Notes under the pieces: model-generated
Database searches by the model: none
What the model saw: only the letters and a program-made list of their open reading frames with translations
What the model was told of the DNA's origin: nothing
DNA from: Octopus vulgaris
Taxonomy: Eukaryota
Assembly: GCA_951406725.2 (NCBI GenBank)
Contig: OX597829.1
Coordinates: forward strand, 9,362,001 to 9,426,000
Length of the DNA: 64,000 nt
Direction: 5' to 3'
In this document: positions 28,738 to 41,834 of the stretch, in pieces
Position numbering within the stretch: the first letter of the stretch is position 1
Layout of the letters: each line of letters opens with the position of its first letter
Made by a program: the position numbers and the translations under genes

Positions 28738-28915
28738 GACAACCAATGTTTGTGAGTTTACGTCCCCGTCATTTAGCGGTTCGGGAAAAAGACACCGATA
28801 AAATCAGTGCTAGGCTTACAAAGAGTAAGTCCTGGGGTCGATTTGTTCGACTAAAAGGCGGTACCCCAGCACGGCCGCAGTCAAATGACTGAAACAAGTG
28901 AAAAAATAAAAGAAT
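28738..28915 (+). mobile_element. SINE family A, 3' half
   Basis: TTTACGTCCCCGTC...GGCCGCAGTCAAATGACTGAAACAAGT. Confidence 0.85.
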
Positions 28916-28926
28916 ACACACACGCA

Positions 28927-28964
<38 letters not shown>

Positions 28965-29399
28965 TACACATGTATCAGTTAATAAACACAGGATCTGAAA
29001 CTGAGCTACAAGGCTTCGTGCTCCATTATTATAGTTGTCGGGCAAGCCTGTATAGCATCTGTGTACTGTATTACAATCTTTTAGGTTTCAAATTGAATAT
29101 GTCTGCTCTCTGACTGAAAGCAAGAAAGAACGAAAAAGAACGCTTGGAGAGAATTGGGATAAGACTTCCGTTCCTTTCGAATGATAGAATAAATCTGAAA
29201 GATTGTTGGGTAGCAGACAGCACGCTATAGATGCTCATCCTATTATTGCACAGTCAAAACGTGGTATTTATCATGGCTCACGTATAAAGCCTTCGCTCAT
29301 TAAATTACATTGATTTCTCGAGTACTCTCTTTGTTGATCCCATTAATCACGGAACGATATAATACTCATATATAAAGTATATTCCAGAAAGCGTTAAGG

Positions 29400-29870
29400 C
29401 TCTTTCAATAGAGATATCTATTAACTTTAAACAAGTACAACTCTAAACTCCTTCAAAGTAGCTTCTGACTTGAAAGCACGTCTTGTAGCACTCCAGCTAC
29501 AGTGTAAATGTCTTACAAAGTGATGGTGACGATTACACTTATCTCAGCCACCTTCATCTCCTTGGGGAACAGCTAAAACTCACAGAGAGCAAGGCCTAGA
29601 TTGTAGGAAGGGTGAGGGACAGTTGTGATACCCACCTCCGTCAAATAGTGGGTTAGCAGAATGGAACTGTAGACTGGAACACAGTTCTGGTCCACGTGCT
29701 ATGGTCTTTTGCGACGAATTCTTATTCTGAACTCCCTCAAAGAGTACAGAGTACTGTTTGTTGACCATCTGACGAAAGGGATACCAGTGGGTGTAGATGG
29801 AACCCTTGCTGTCTAAAAAGGAAATCATCATGTGTCTCCCTGGCTTCTAATTCCAGCAGGAAACAAAATA
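29400..29870 (-). pseudogene. mariner (DD34D-type) transposase C-terminal fragment
   Basis: MMISFLDSKGSIYTHW...VNKQY and PHPSYNLGLALCEF*LFPK, equivalent to the HPPYSPDLAPxDFxLF motif. Confidence 0.7.
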
Positions 29871-30263
29871 GATGCTCGGCTCATACAATTAATCTGTTAG
29901 CAATCTGAAGCATTTAATAAATTACGGTTGACTTTTTGCTCGGTTTAACACAAAAGATTATTGCATGGCGAGCTTTCATGATGTTTTTACGTACCGAATG
30001 TATTCTGCAAACTAGTCAGCTTTACCAGGGTGTCTTCAGGGTGTGCTATTGCCGTTTCTTTTAATCTGGAATATCAAAGTTGGCAGGTCATCCTATTAAT
30101 TGTATTGAAATGATATAAAATAATTACAATTATCTAGGATAATTATAACTATCTCTCTTAAAAATCGTCTCAGAACATTGGAATACAACTCGTATGTGTG
30201 TGTGTGTATGCTTCAAAAAATGCGTCAATGAGTTGTTATACTCGAGAACGAGGAAACGATCAT

Positions 30264-30294
<31 letters not shown>

Positions 30295-30993
30295 GTATGT
30301 ATGCATGTTCGTATGGATGAATGGATGGATGGCTGGATATGTATGTATTATGCATGCATGCATATATGTATGTGTGTGTATGTACATGTGTATGTACGTA
30401 CATGTATGTATGTATGGACTGATGGATGGATAGTTGGATGGATTGATGGATGTATGCATGCATGCAAGTATGTATGTATGTGTGTGTATGTACGTACATT
30501 TATGTATGTACATGTATGTATATACGTACATGTATGTATGTACGTATGTACATGTATGTATGTATGTATGTATGTATGTATGTATGTATGTATGTATGTA
30601 TGTATGCATGTATGTATGTATGTGTATATGTCCCTTCTATTTTTTTTAATTATTAGAACTCTTCCACTGGGGAGACTCCATATTTGGAATGTAATTAACA
30701 AAGAACAAATTCACATTTGGAACTTGAGAAAAGTCTTGCATATTTTTATTGTTCCACTCACAGATTGCATTTGTAATGTACTAATTAACCTGACAATTTC
30801 TCTTTCTGAAAATTCCAGTTTATCCAGATTCTCCTTTAAGCATTTACTGACAAAACCTAATGCTCCAATTATTGGTATAATATGAATTCATAGTCTGGAT
30901 ATAGAAGCTGGAGGTTTCGAAGCTATTGTATGTGTCTACATATATATGAAACGAATATAGTGACAATAATTATGATTATGTACAACACAGTGT

Positions 30994-31283
30994 GTGGAGG
31001 CATATGGCCTAGTGGTTAGAGCAGCGGACTCGTGGTCGAGGGATCGCAGGTCCGAATCTCTGAGCGGGCAATGTGTGTGTTTATGAGCGAAATACCTAAG
31101 CCCCATGTGGCTCCGGCAGAAGGTAATGGCTGACTCTTTCGCTACAACTTTCTCTCACTCTTTCCTCCTGCATCTTACAGCTCACCTGCAACGGACCGGC
31201 GTCTCATCCAGGTGAGGAACCTATACGCCATGGAAACTGGGAAACCGGCCCTTATGGGCGTGTCTCGAGAAAGAACAAACAGA
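30994..31283 (+). mobile_element. tRNA-derived SINE, family C, with 12-bp TSD
   Basis: A box TGGCCTAGTGGTTAGAGC and B box GGTCCGAATC; TSD ACAACACAGTGT at 30982-30993 and 31284-31295. Confidence 0.85.
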
Positions 31284-31976
31284 ACAACACAGTGTAAGGA
31301 AAACACCTAAACATTCAGAGGTGTCTTTCATGTCTGATGTAGGATGTAGGTTCTCCGATGCAACTCGAACCATCTATCTTTCATCTATTGATCAGTTACG
31401 TTATTGATTACCACGGCAGTGCGTCTGATTGTATGAAGTAATTTTTATGCCCCCACATACCCCTCAAAGCTTTCACGGATAAATTAACGCCGCTTTTTCC
31501 CAGTTAGGAAATTATTGCTCCTTTTTCTTCGTTCGTTGGTTATATAAGTTATCCAACTGGTTCTCATTCCAGTTTTAGTGACACAGAAATTTATGAAATT
31601 CTTTGCGGTATTTGCTTAGACCCAGGTAACCTGGGCCAAAGGCGGCGAGCTGGCAGAAACGATAGCACGCCGGCGAAATGCATAGCCGTATTTCGTCTGC
31701 CGTTACGTTCTGAGTTCCAATTCTGCCGAGGTCGACTTTTCTTTTCATCCTGTCGGGGTCGATTAAATAAGTACCAGTTACGCACTGGGGTCGATATAAT
31801 CGACTTAATCCGTTTGTCTGTCCTTGTTTGTCCTCTCTGTGTTTAGCCCCTTGTGGGTAGTAAAGAAATAGGTATTTCGTCTGCCCCTAAGTTCTGAGTT
31901 CAAATTCCGCTGAGGTCGACTTTGCCTTTCATCGTTTCGGGGTCGATTAAATAAGTACTAGTTACGCACTGGGGTC

Positions 31977-34900
31977 CACAAAGTTCATCCCCTCCTCACT
32001 GTGGTGGGGACACTGGCAACGGGTAGTGTCAGAGCTATGCCGTCGGGAACTTCGGTTCCTGGTAGGGCCACCCAAGGCGGATTGGTCTGACACCGAGTGG
32101 TATTAGGGTCACAACCCGGCAGACGGGGCTCTGGGGAAAATCCTCGGAGTGTCTGTTTCGGCAACCGGCGGCTCCTCGGTCGTTCTGTCCCTGCGTCTGC
32201 GGACAATCTGCAGCAAACAGGATGTCTCAACATGCGGGATTGTTGGGGACCGCTTATGAAATCCACTTTTTCCTACGAAACTTTTTCCATGAATTCTCAA
32301 TGGCGAATACAATAGCGAGTACAGTGGCGAATGCAATGGCGAATACAATGGTGAATTCTCACTCGACTACTACTATGGCTGCTACTGCTACTTCAAGTAC
32401 TGCACAAATCTACCCAAACCCTGCTATTGTTCTTCCGCTATTTCGGCGTAGAAAGGTCCTGAGAGTTCGTGCTGAAACGTCAGAACATTTCGTGACGATG
32501 GTGTCCAGGCACTTACGATGAAGGCTCTGCACAGGTACCGCGTGGCCGTAGCTTGTCTTTCAGAAGTGCAGCTTGCGGACATCGGCCATCTTCCGATCAA
32601 AGTCCCCGGCGAAGATTTCAGTGGTGTGACTGATAACAGTGGCCTCCATGGGGTGGCTATAGCGCTCAGCCCTGACGCGCAAGCGGCTTTGCTAGCGTGG
32701 CAGCCAATCTCGCATCGTCTCACACTGGTTCGATTGAAGGGTCAAATCTCCAACGTCAGCGTCATCGCTGTGTATGCTCCCACTCTCAATGCAGACGATG
32801 CGGACAAGACGCGGTTCTACGCAGATCTTCAGGCGGCGGTGGATGATGTTCCTTCCAGTGATGTTCTCATTGTTGGTGGGGACTGGAACGCTCGGACCGG
32901 ACCTGCTGACGATACAACACGGCACATTCTGGGACGCTTTGCCCAAGGTGCTCGCTGTAACAATGGTGAACCGCTAATCGTCTTATCGTCACCAACACAC
33001 GCTTTCAGCATCCACGACGTCATCTAATCACGTGGCGTCGAGTGATGGGAGAACGGCCAATCAGATCGATTACATCCTGGTCAGATCGCGGTGGGCCAGC
33101 TCGGTGATGGACTCTCGGGCGTTCCGGGGGGCTGACACTGGCAGTGAGGATAGATCAGACCATACTCTTGTTCGGGCGAGCCTCCGTCTCAGGCTACAGG
33201 CGAAACCTCATCCTACGCGTCAGAAGAGGATCGATGTCTCGCGTCTCAAACTCGAGGCTGGGAACCATTTTCGGGTTGAGTTCAGAAACCGATTCCTAGC
33301 GCTTGGCTAGAAGTTGGTTCAACAACCGGGGCAGGAATGGAGCGCATCCAAGACTGCGACGACTGAGATGGCCGGGAAGCATCATGGGTCCACCAGACGG
33401 CGCCATCGGGACTGGATCTCCGGCGACACTCTTGAACTCGCTGAGAGGGCGAGAGTGGCTCGACTGGAGGGTGCACCAAATTTTCGAGATCTGCGACGAC
33501 GCGCCTCGAGGGCCATTCGGGCCAATCGGAATGCACACTGGCATGCATTCGCAGAGTGGATGGAAGGGGCAGCAGCCTGTGGTGACTCGCGCAAACTCTA
33601 CCAGCTGGTGAAACAGGCTAGCCAAGGCAATACGGGTATCAGTGCCCTGACCCGTCTCTGGGACAACAAAACGCCAGGCGAAGATGGTATTCTAGCAGAG
33701 GTGTACAAAGCCGAGCCAAAATTCTTCGCATCCTGGCTCCATCGAGTCTTTTCCGCGGTGTGGGCGACAGAGCGTTTCCCTGAGGACTGAAGTGATGCAA
33801 CCCTCCTGCCGTTCTTCAAAAAAGGCGACAAAAAGCTGTGCTCAAACTTTAGGGGCATCAGCCTTATCGATGTTGCTGCCAAATCCTTCGCAATTCTTCT
33901 GCTGAAGAGGTTCCAGACCGTCCGTGATGTCCGTACCCACCCTTCTCAGGGTGGCTTCCGTCCGGAAAGAGGGTGTGTCGATCAAATCTTCAACCTCCGG
34001 GGTGTTCTGGAACAACGGGTGGGCGTACCAGCAGCCTACAGTTCTATGCTTCATCGACTTCGTTGCTGCCTTTGATTCGGTAGATCGGGAGACCCTGTGG
34101 CGCATAATGCAAGCGGACGGTATCCCAGAGAGGCTGCTCCGTCTCATACAAGGCTACTAGCGATCGACTCGAGCACGAGACAGGGTCTATGGTGAGCAGA
34201 CGGGTCCGTTTGATGTTGGGACAGGTGTGCAGCAAGGGTGCGCGCTGTCACCAACCCTCTTCAACTATGCCATTGACTACGTTCTCAACACTGCGCTCCG
34301 GGACTACCAGGGCATAGAGGTTGGGAGAGGAGTCACGTTGACGGACCTGGCCTACGAGGACGACATCGTATTGATGGGTGCAAGCAGGGAGGATGTTCAA
34401 GCGGCTATCGAAGGGGTTCAAACGGCAGCAGCCGCGCTTGGTCTCCGAATCAATGCCGCCAAGTCGAAGGTGATGAGGTCGTTGGTTCCGACTGACTTCT
34501 GGCAGCCAATATCACTCGCGGGGAGGACCTGGAGGATGTGGAGTCTTTCGTCTACTTGGGTTCAACGGTGATCCCAAACGGTCAGGGTGCAGCTGAGGTC
34601 GATAACCGCATCAATGCTGCTCGATCTGCCTTTGGACGCCTAAAGCGGTGTCTATGGGACCGAAGGGAGATCTCATCAGTGACCAAAGGGCGAATATATC
34701 AGGCCGTCGTTCGTACAGTACTTCTCTATGGCTGTGAAACGTGGCCTATGCGGGTGGTCGATCAACGAAGACTGGAAGTCTTCGACAATGACTGCTTCCG
34801 GTGCATTCTTCGCTACCGTCCGGTGGATTGAGTTCCCACCGCCAATCTCCGACTTTGCCTGTCTCTGCGGCCCCTTCCATCTGTCCTTCTGCAATGGTGC

Positions 34901-35233
34901 TTGCGGTGGTTTGGCCATGCATATAGGCGTCCAGTAGGTGAACTGAGCCGTGATGTCCTTCCCAACTCCACTTCCCAACTGGCGGAAACGCACAGGTGGG
35001 CAGCTGAAGACCTGGGTTCCGACGACCAAGGAGGACCTCTCTGTGCTTACGGGACCGCAGGTGGTCGGCCTGTGCCGATGGAACCGTGACTGGCTCGCTA
35101 TCTCCAGTGAACTGGCGCAGGACCGTCGTGCGTGGGCTGCCATGGTTCGAGATTCCTCGAGGGTGCTGAAAGAAGCCGACTCAACTCGCCCAGGCTGAAT
35201 GTCGCCACAAGTACAAGTACAAGTAAGTACGAT
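31977..35233 (+). mobile_element. RTE-clade non-LTR retrotransposon, near full length, frameshifted
   Basis: APE (LSEV, VYAPT, GDWNAR, QIDYIL, SDH) and RT (QGCALSPTLF, LAYEDD, FVYLGS); (CAAGTA)n tail; TSD CTGGGGTC at 31969-31976 and 35234-35241. Confidence 0.93.
32256..35198 (+). pseudogene. RTE APE-reverse transcriptase ORF, disrupted
   Basis: ORF pieces 32518-33027, 33032-33310, 33314-33790, 33924-34160, 34227-34571, 34538-34831 and 34950-35198 are collinear. Confidence 0.9.
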
Positions 35234-35744
35234 CTGGGGTCGATATAATCGACTAAATCGTTTGTCTGTCCTTGTTTGTTCCCTCCGTGTTTAGCCCCTT
35301 GTGGGTAGTAAAGAAATAGGTAACCTGGGCCATCAAGAGTTAATTGTCCGTATCAAATATCAAATCTCAGTCCCGGTACCGAGATACCAGTAACTGACCA
35401 CTTGGTTGGTTGTCAGTCTACCAATTCATCGTTCTGTCAGTCAGCCAATCTGTCTTCCTGACTGCGATTCTGTTTGTCTGCGTGTCCATGTATCCTGTCC
35501 ATGTATCTGTTTGTCTGTTTTCTTAATTTTCATATTCTTTTTGTGACTTCGGACTTTGTATTGAACAATAAATACAAATCTCTGACATATTGGTACATTT
35601 CTCAAGACTACAAGTCGCAACTGGGTGGGAAATCGACCACCCTGGAGCTTATATTTCGCATTCTACGAAACAACCAAGCAGTGTTCCTTTTCAAATTCAA
35701 CCATTCTCTGTGAATGTCTGTTTGTTTGTCTGTCTATCTGACTA

Positions 35745-35815
<71 letters not shown>

Positions 35816-35820
<5 letters not shown>

Positions 35821-35933
35821 GGATGAGTAGAGGTGGCTTTTTTGAGGGGATAATTTTTATTTCATTATTAATGATAATGATAAGATAAAATAAAAATTAT
35901 CCCCTCAAAAAATCCACCTCTACTCATTCTTTC
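35816..35933. repeat. Near-perfect hairpin (~47-bp arms) beside (TA)n
   Basis: TGAAAGGATGAGTAGAGGTGGCTTTTTTGAGGGGATAATTTTTATTT / AAATAAAAATTATCCCCTCAAAAAATCCACCTCTACTCATTCTTTCA. Confidence 0.9.
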
Positions 35934-36129
35934 AAATATATATAATACACTACCAAGAACTTTCTCTTTCTTATTCTACTATATATACATATGTGTGTGT
36001 ATATATATAAACACACACACACTCACACATATTTTCCTCGTCGATATATTCACACAGCAGTTTTACCGTCGCGTAACCAGGAATAATTTCGGAATTAGTC
36101 TGGAATCCAACGGCGTTGATAGCCCAGAA

Positions 36130-36280
36130 CTTGGGTTAACGCCATTTCGTCCGTCTTTACGTTCTAAGTTCAAATTCCGTCGAAGTCGATCTTACCTTTC
36201 ATCCTTTCAAGGTCGGTAAAACAAGTACCAGTTATGCACTGAGGTTGATGTAAGCGACTTACAACGAAATTTGAACTCAA
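36130..36280 (+). mobile_element. SINE family B, partial
   Basis: ATTTCGTCCGTCTTTACGTTCTAAGTTCAAATTCC...CCTTTCATCCTTTCAAGGTCGG. Confidence 0.75.
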
Positions 36281-36822
36281 TATAAGGTATCTAGTACCCC
36301 CACCCCCAGATTTTCGGTAACTTTACTTTTTAGGTTTTATATGTAGAATCTTCGATTACTATTTTACCCAGGTGTGTGGAGAACCATTCATTTAACAGAC
36401 AAATATATGGGATTATGTATTGTTTCATGCATTTCCAATCGAAATACATTAAAATGGAATACGAATGAAGAAGCAGAACTTATTTTGTCTTTGCATTTTC
36501 ATGGCACAGCTGTTTTGAAAATGCTTCAAATGGAATTTGAAAGTGTCTCATTAACGGATCTCTTCGGACGGATCTTCCATTACACGCTGATAAATATATC
36601 GCTTTTGTTTTGTACAAATAGACGCACGCATTTCTGTATGGTAAGATGCTTGCTTTCCAACCACATGGTTACGTGTTCAGTTTCACTGCGCAGCACCTTG
36701 GCCACGTATCCGCTACTACAGCATCGAGCTGCCAAAAACCTTCTGAACGTATTTCATAGACCGAAAGTGAAAGAAGTATGTTGCATATGTGTGTAAACAT
36801 GTGTGCGTGTGCGCATGATAGT

Positions 36823-36882
<60 letters not shown>

Positions 36883-36994
36883 ACATCTAACTATTTGGGT
36901 ACACATACATACACACACAAAGAAACACACACAAACATGCACATACACGTATTTATGCATGTATATTTATATGTATATTTCGTTATCGCAATTG

Positions 36995-37033
<39 letters not shown>

Positions 37034-37044
37034 GATATATATGT

Positions 37045-37195
<151 letters not shown>

Positions 37196-37616
37196 GGAAG
37201 AAGGAGGAGTGGACAATCATACACATACTTGGTTTATTTGTTATAACAGACAATATGGCTTCCTTCTCTTTGCAATTAAACTTACATAATATTAGATTCT
37301 TTAAAACACCGCTTCATACATATATGATCCACACGGACTCTCAATCTCCAACTTACACGAAATATGTTGAGCGCATGCGTGCTGCACACCTCCTGAAATT
37401 ACATATTTGAACATAGGCCTACGTGTCCAGTGTACGTATTGCGATTTCGGCATAGCGTTCGCTGGAAAGAGTCCTATTAAATATACATTTGTGTCGCACG
37501 AGAATATGGAAGAAATACATTTAAACACTCGCGGATACTAACAGACACGCACAGATAGAATTGAGCGTATGTGCGCTCGCTGGAAACTCAAATGCTGTTA
37601 GTTATACATATTTATG

Positions 37617-37654
<38 letters not shown>

Positions 37655-38206
37655 AGAATATGATATATTTATATTTGCACACACTAACACTCACACACGC
37701 ACAAACTTACTCACACACATATACACACATACACACACAAATACAAATACAAATACATATACACACACACACTAGCACATACACACACATACACACACAT
37801 ACACACACAAGCACATAAATGTGCACACACGCACAGACACATATAGGTATATAAAGGCATTCAGACAGTTACACGCACTCACTCGTGTAGATATCGCCGC
37901 ATAAAGGGCGTAACTCACAGCTATAATTTCATACATCGGTACCAATGCATCCATATATATGCATAATTATATGTATATATATATATATACATATATATAT
38001 GTTGGCGTGCATATCCATATGCATACGTGTGGGTACGCGCGCGCGCACACGCACACACATATGTATGTATTTACGCATAGACATAATATATATCGATATA
38101 TTTACATAGGAATGTATACATGTATATATGCATGTACGTATGTTTATATATATATATATAGGTAAATAGATACATGCACATGTTAATATGTGTATATGCA
38201 TGCATG

Positions 38207-38246
<40 letters not shown>

Positions 38247-39074
38247 CACATATATATATGTATATATATATAAATACATATATGTATATAATTTTGTGCA
38301 TATATCCATGTATATATGTTTATATGTATATATATATATATATATATACATATATATGTATATGCATATGTATATGTATATATATGTACATACATATACA
38401 TATGCATATACATGTACATCTATATATATATACACATATAAACATATATACATAAAAATATACACACACACATATATATATATACATATATATATGTGTA
38501 TATACACACGTACACGCATACACAAATACATATATATATGGCGTACATTTGTATATATGGTGATACGTACATATAGAGAGAGGGAGAGGGGGGAGAGAGA
38601 GATAGCGGCAGCAAGTGTAAGAGAGGGTGAGTGCGAGTGACAGTGAGGGAGAGAGAGAGAGACCAGCGTGAGAATAAGAACGAAAGAGACTAAGGTAGCA
38701 TAGCAATGCTCAGTATATAACGCAGGTTATATTAATCACAACACGTGTGCGGATAACGTCCATTTTCAAACACAAAGACCTGAAAATTAACTTTTCCTTC
38801 AATCTGATATGAGTCCCGTGTCAAGAACTCATTACTCCGCCATTTCGACGGCTAAGCTCATAACCCCCAGGGGATAGACGCCATCTTGGCGGCTCTCTGC
38901 TCATCTCAAGGGAAAGAACGACAGTGATTACTTTTCAGTTAATCTTTGCAAAACGAGGGATTCATTCATACAGTGATTACATAGATGCATGGCATACATT
39001 CTTACAGAGATACATGAATACGTACATACCGGCCATCATACCTATATACAAATACCTACGCGCGCCTGTTTCTG

Positions 39075-39520
<446 letters not shown>

Positions 39521-40387
39521 TTTATATGTTTTCTCATTCTCTCTCTCTCTCTACACACACACACACACACGCTCAAGCCAATCTCAGACACTATCATTTG
39601 TACACTCAGAAATGTGTATTCTGAATCATAAACATACAGCGCTTACACTTAGATGCGCGCGCACACTCACACACACAAATACACACGCATAGTCTCCTTC
39701 TTTCTCTTCACAAACGTATACATACATACATACATACATACATACATACATACATACATACATACATACATGCATGCATGCATGCATACATACATACATA
39801 CATACATACATACATACATACATACATACATACATACATACATGCATACATACATACATACATACATACATACATACATACATACATGCATGCATATACA
39901 TACACACAGCTGTTCATAGATACAGAAACACAGCTGTTCAATGCATACGTGTAGTATATATACTTACTTCGACCTTACTTCGATCTTACTTCGACTGTAA
40001 AAGATGTATCTTCAACATCTTTAGGTTTCATTTTATTGTTATTATTTTACTGTTTTATGTTTGTTTTACTCCCTGCTTCCATATCTCTTATGATATTGTC
40101 ATCGTTAGAACAACTTTAAGACACGCTATAAAACTCAAACACTCTCTGCATCAGATTCGAACCAGCTATCTTTAGTGTAGAGTTACTGTCAAATATATGA
40201 TACGTGAAATGAGGTTGATTAGTAAGCGATTGTGCGACAGCCAAATCATCCTCATTTTCTGCAAATCTCACACACACACGCACACACGTTAGTATGCATG
40301 TGTGTTTATATAGATATTGAAATACACGCTTAACAATACGTACATGTACATATATTTTATAAAACTATATATATATATATATATATA

Positions 40388-40620
40388 ACGGGAAGCTTTA
40401 TGAAAATAGACAAAAGACGAAGGCAGGTTTACGGAAATAAACAAAAGAACGAAGGCAGGTGGAATACAAACAAACAATTGTATTAGTATGGCGCTCAGGA
40501 AATATAAATAAAACAAGTCTTTAACGTTTCGAGCCTACGCTCTTCAACAGAAAGATACACAGAGAAGAAACACAGAAAGAAGGAGAGAAAAAAATGCATG
40601 CAGAGGCTAGCGAATCAACA
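40388..40620 (-). mobile_element. Short pLTR-like element with hammerhead-like motif (40517-40555)
   Basis: Minus strand TCTTTCTG-TTGAAGA-GCGTAGGCTC-GAAA-CG-TT-AAAGAC; embedded in (TA)n. Confidence 0.6.
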
Positions 40621-41113
40621 TATATATACATGTGTGTGTGTGGACATGGAAGAAGGATCGATCCCATTTCTTGAACCGAAAGAAAGAAATCAAATTTGAC
40701 CTTAGTGGAATTTGAAGCCAGAATGCAGCGCCAGGACAGAATATCGCAAGTCAGTTTGTCCCACGTACTAACGAATTCACCAATTCGTTGCTAGATTAAA
40801 TTAGATAGGGTAATGTAATCATGAAGACAGAACTGGTCACAGCTGGAGTTCATCATAGGATTGATCTGGAGTCACTCCGCCTAAATATTAGCAACAACGT
40901 TGGGAAATTACGATTTTTAAGTCTCACACCGAGAGATATTCAGCAACAATATTTTGTAGAAAAGATCGTTTGCCAACATAATACAGTAGTCCTGGTTTAG
41001 GACGAATGTTACTGTAATTTGGCCTCAGGAGACATCGACTCCAGCTGGCTATACGACACGATCCTGTGTCCTTATATTTTCGAACAGGGGAATCTAGTGT
41101 GTATTGTGTATAC

Positions 41114-41195
<82 letters not shown>

Positions 41196-41226
41196 ATGTA
41201 TACATACATATACATATACATATATA

Positions 41227-41270
<44 letters not shown>

Positions 41271-41319
41271 TGCACCTCTGTGTGTATGTGCGTGTGTGTA
41301 TTTGGCATGACTTTGTGTA

Positions 41320-41525
41320 TGTGTTTGTCCGACAACAGCGCTTAACAACCGCTGTTGCTATGTTTACGTTCCCGTAGCTGTAGCGGTTCGGAGTAAAGAA
41401 CGATATAATAAGTACCTGGCTTTAGAAAATATAAATTCTGGGGGCGATTCGTTCGACTAAAATTCTTCAAAACGGTGCCCCAGCACGGCTGCAATCTAAC
41501 AACTGAAACAAGTGAAAGATAAAAG
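41320..41525 (+). mobile_element. SINE family A, 3' half
   Basis: GCTTAACAACCG...TAGCGGTTCG...ACTGAAACAAGTGAAAGA. Confidence 0.75.
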
Positions 41526-41834
41526 ATACACCCACACACACATACATACAAATTTGGTCTACTTATTTCCACTAAAATGTCATGGGAAAATCGAGGCTAT
41601 AATATGAGCAACTAAACTGCTTCATTTTGTGCCTGAATTCATCTGCACACTCAGATGGAAAGCTCTGTGCTCAACCATAATTACTCTTTCAGCAAATTTT
41701 TATATTGTTCCTTTTATTTGCAACATATTAACATTTTTGTTTGTTTTATATTGGTTTTCTACATGGCGGTCTCATTTAAAGTTTACGGCGTCATTTTCGT
41801 TTGCGACATTGCTGAATGCCTAATAAAGCAGTCA

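Larger units (their letters stand above)
31641..35320 (+). mobile_element. SINE family B with internally duplicated body, split by an RTE insertion
   Basis: 15-bp TSD AGGTAACCTGGGCCA at 31624-31638 and 35318-35332. The body repeats from ~31872 and resumes after the RTE at 35234. Confidence 0.85.

Noticed and set aside
30994-31070. tRNA gene
   Set aside because: A/B boxes are present, but the sequence continues into a SINE body bounded by a TSD and has no complete cloverleaf.
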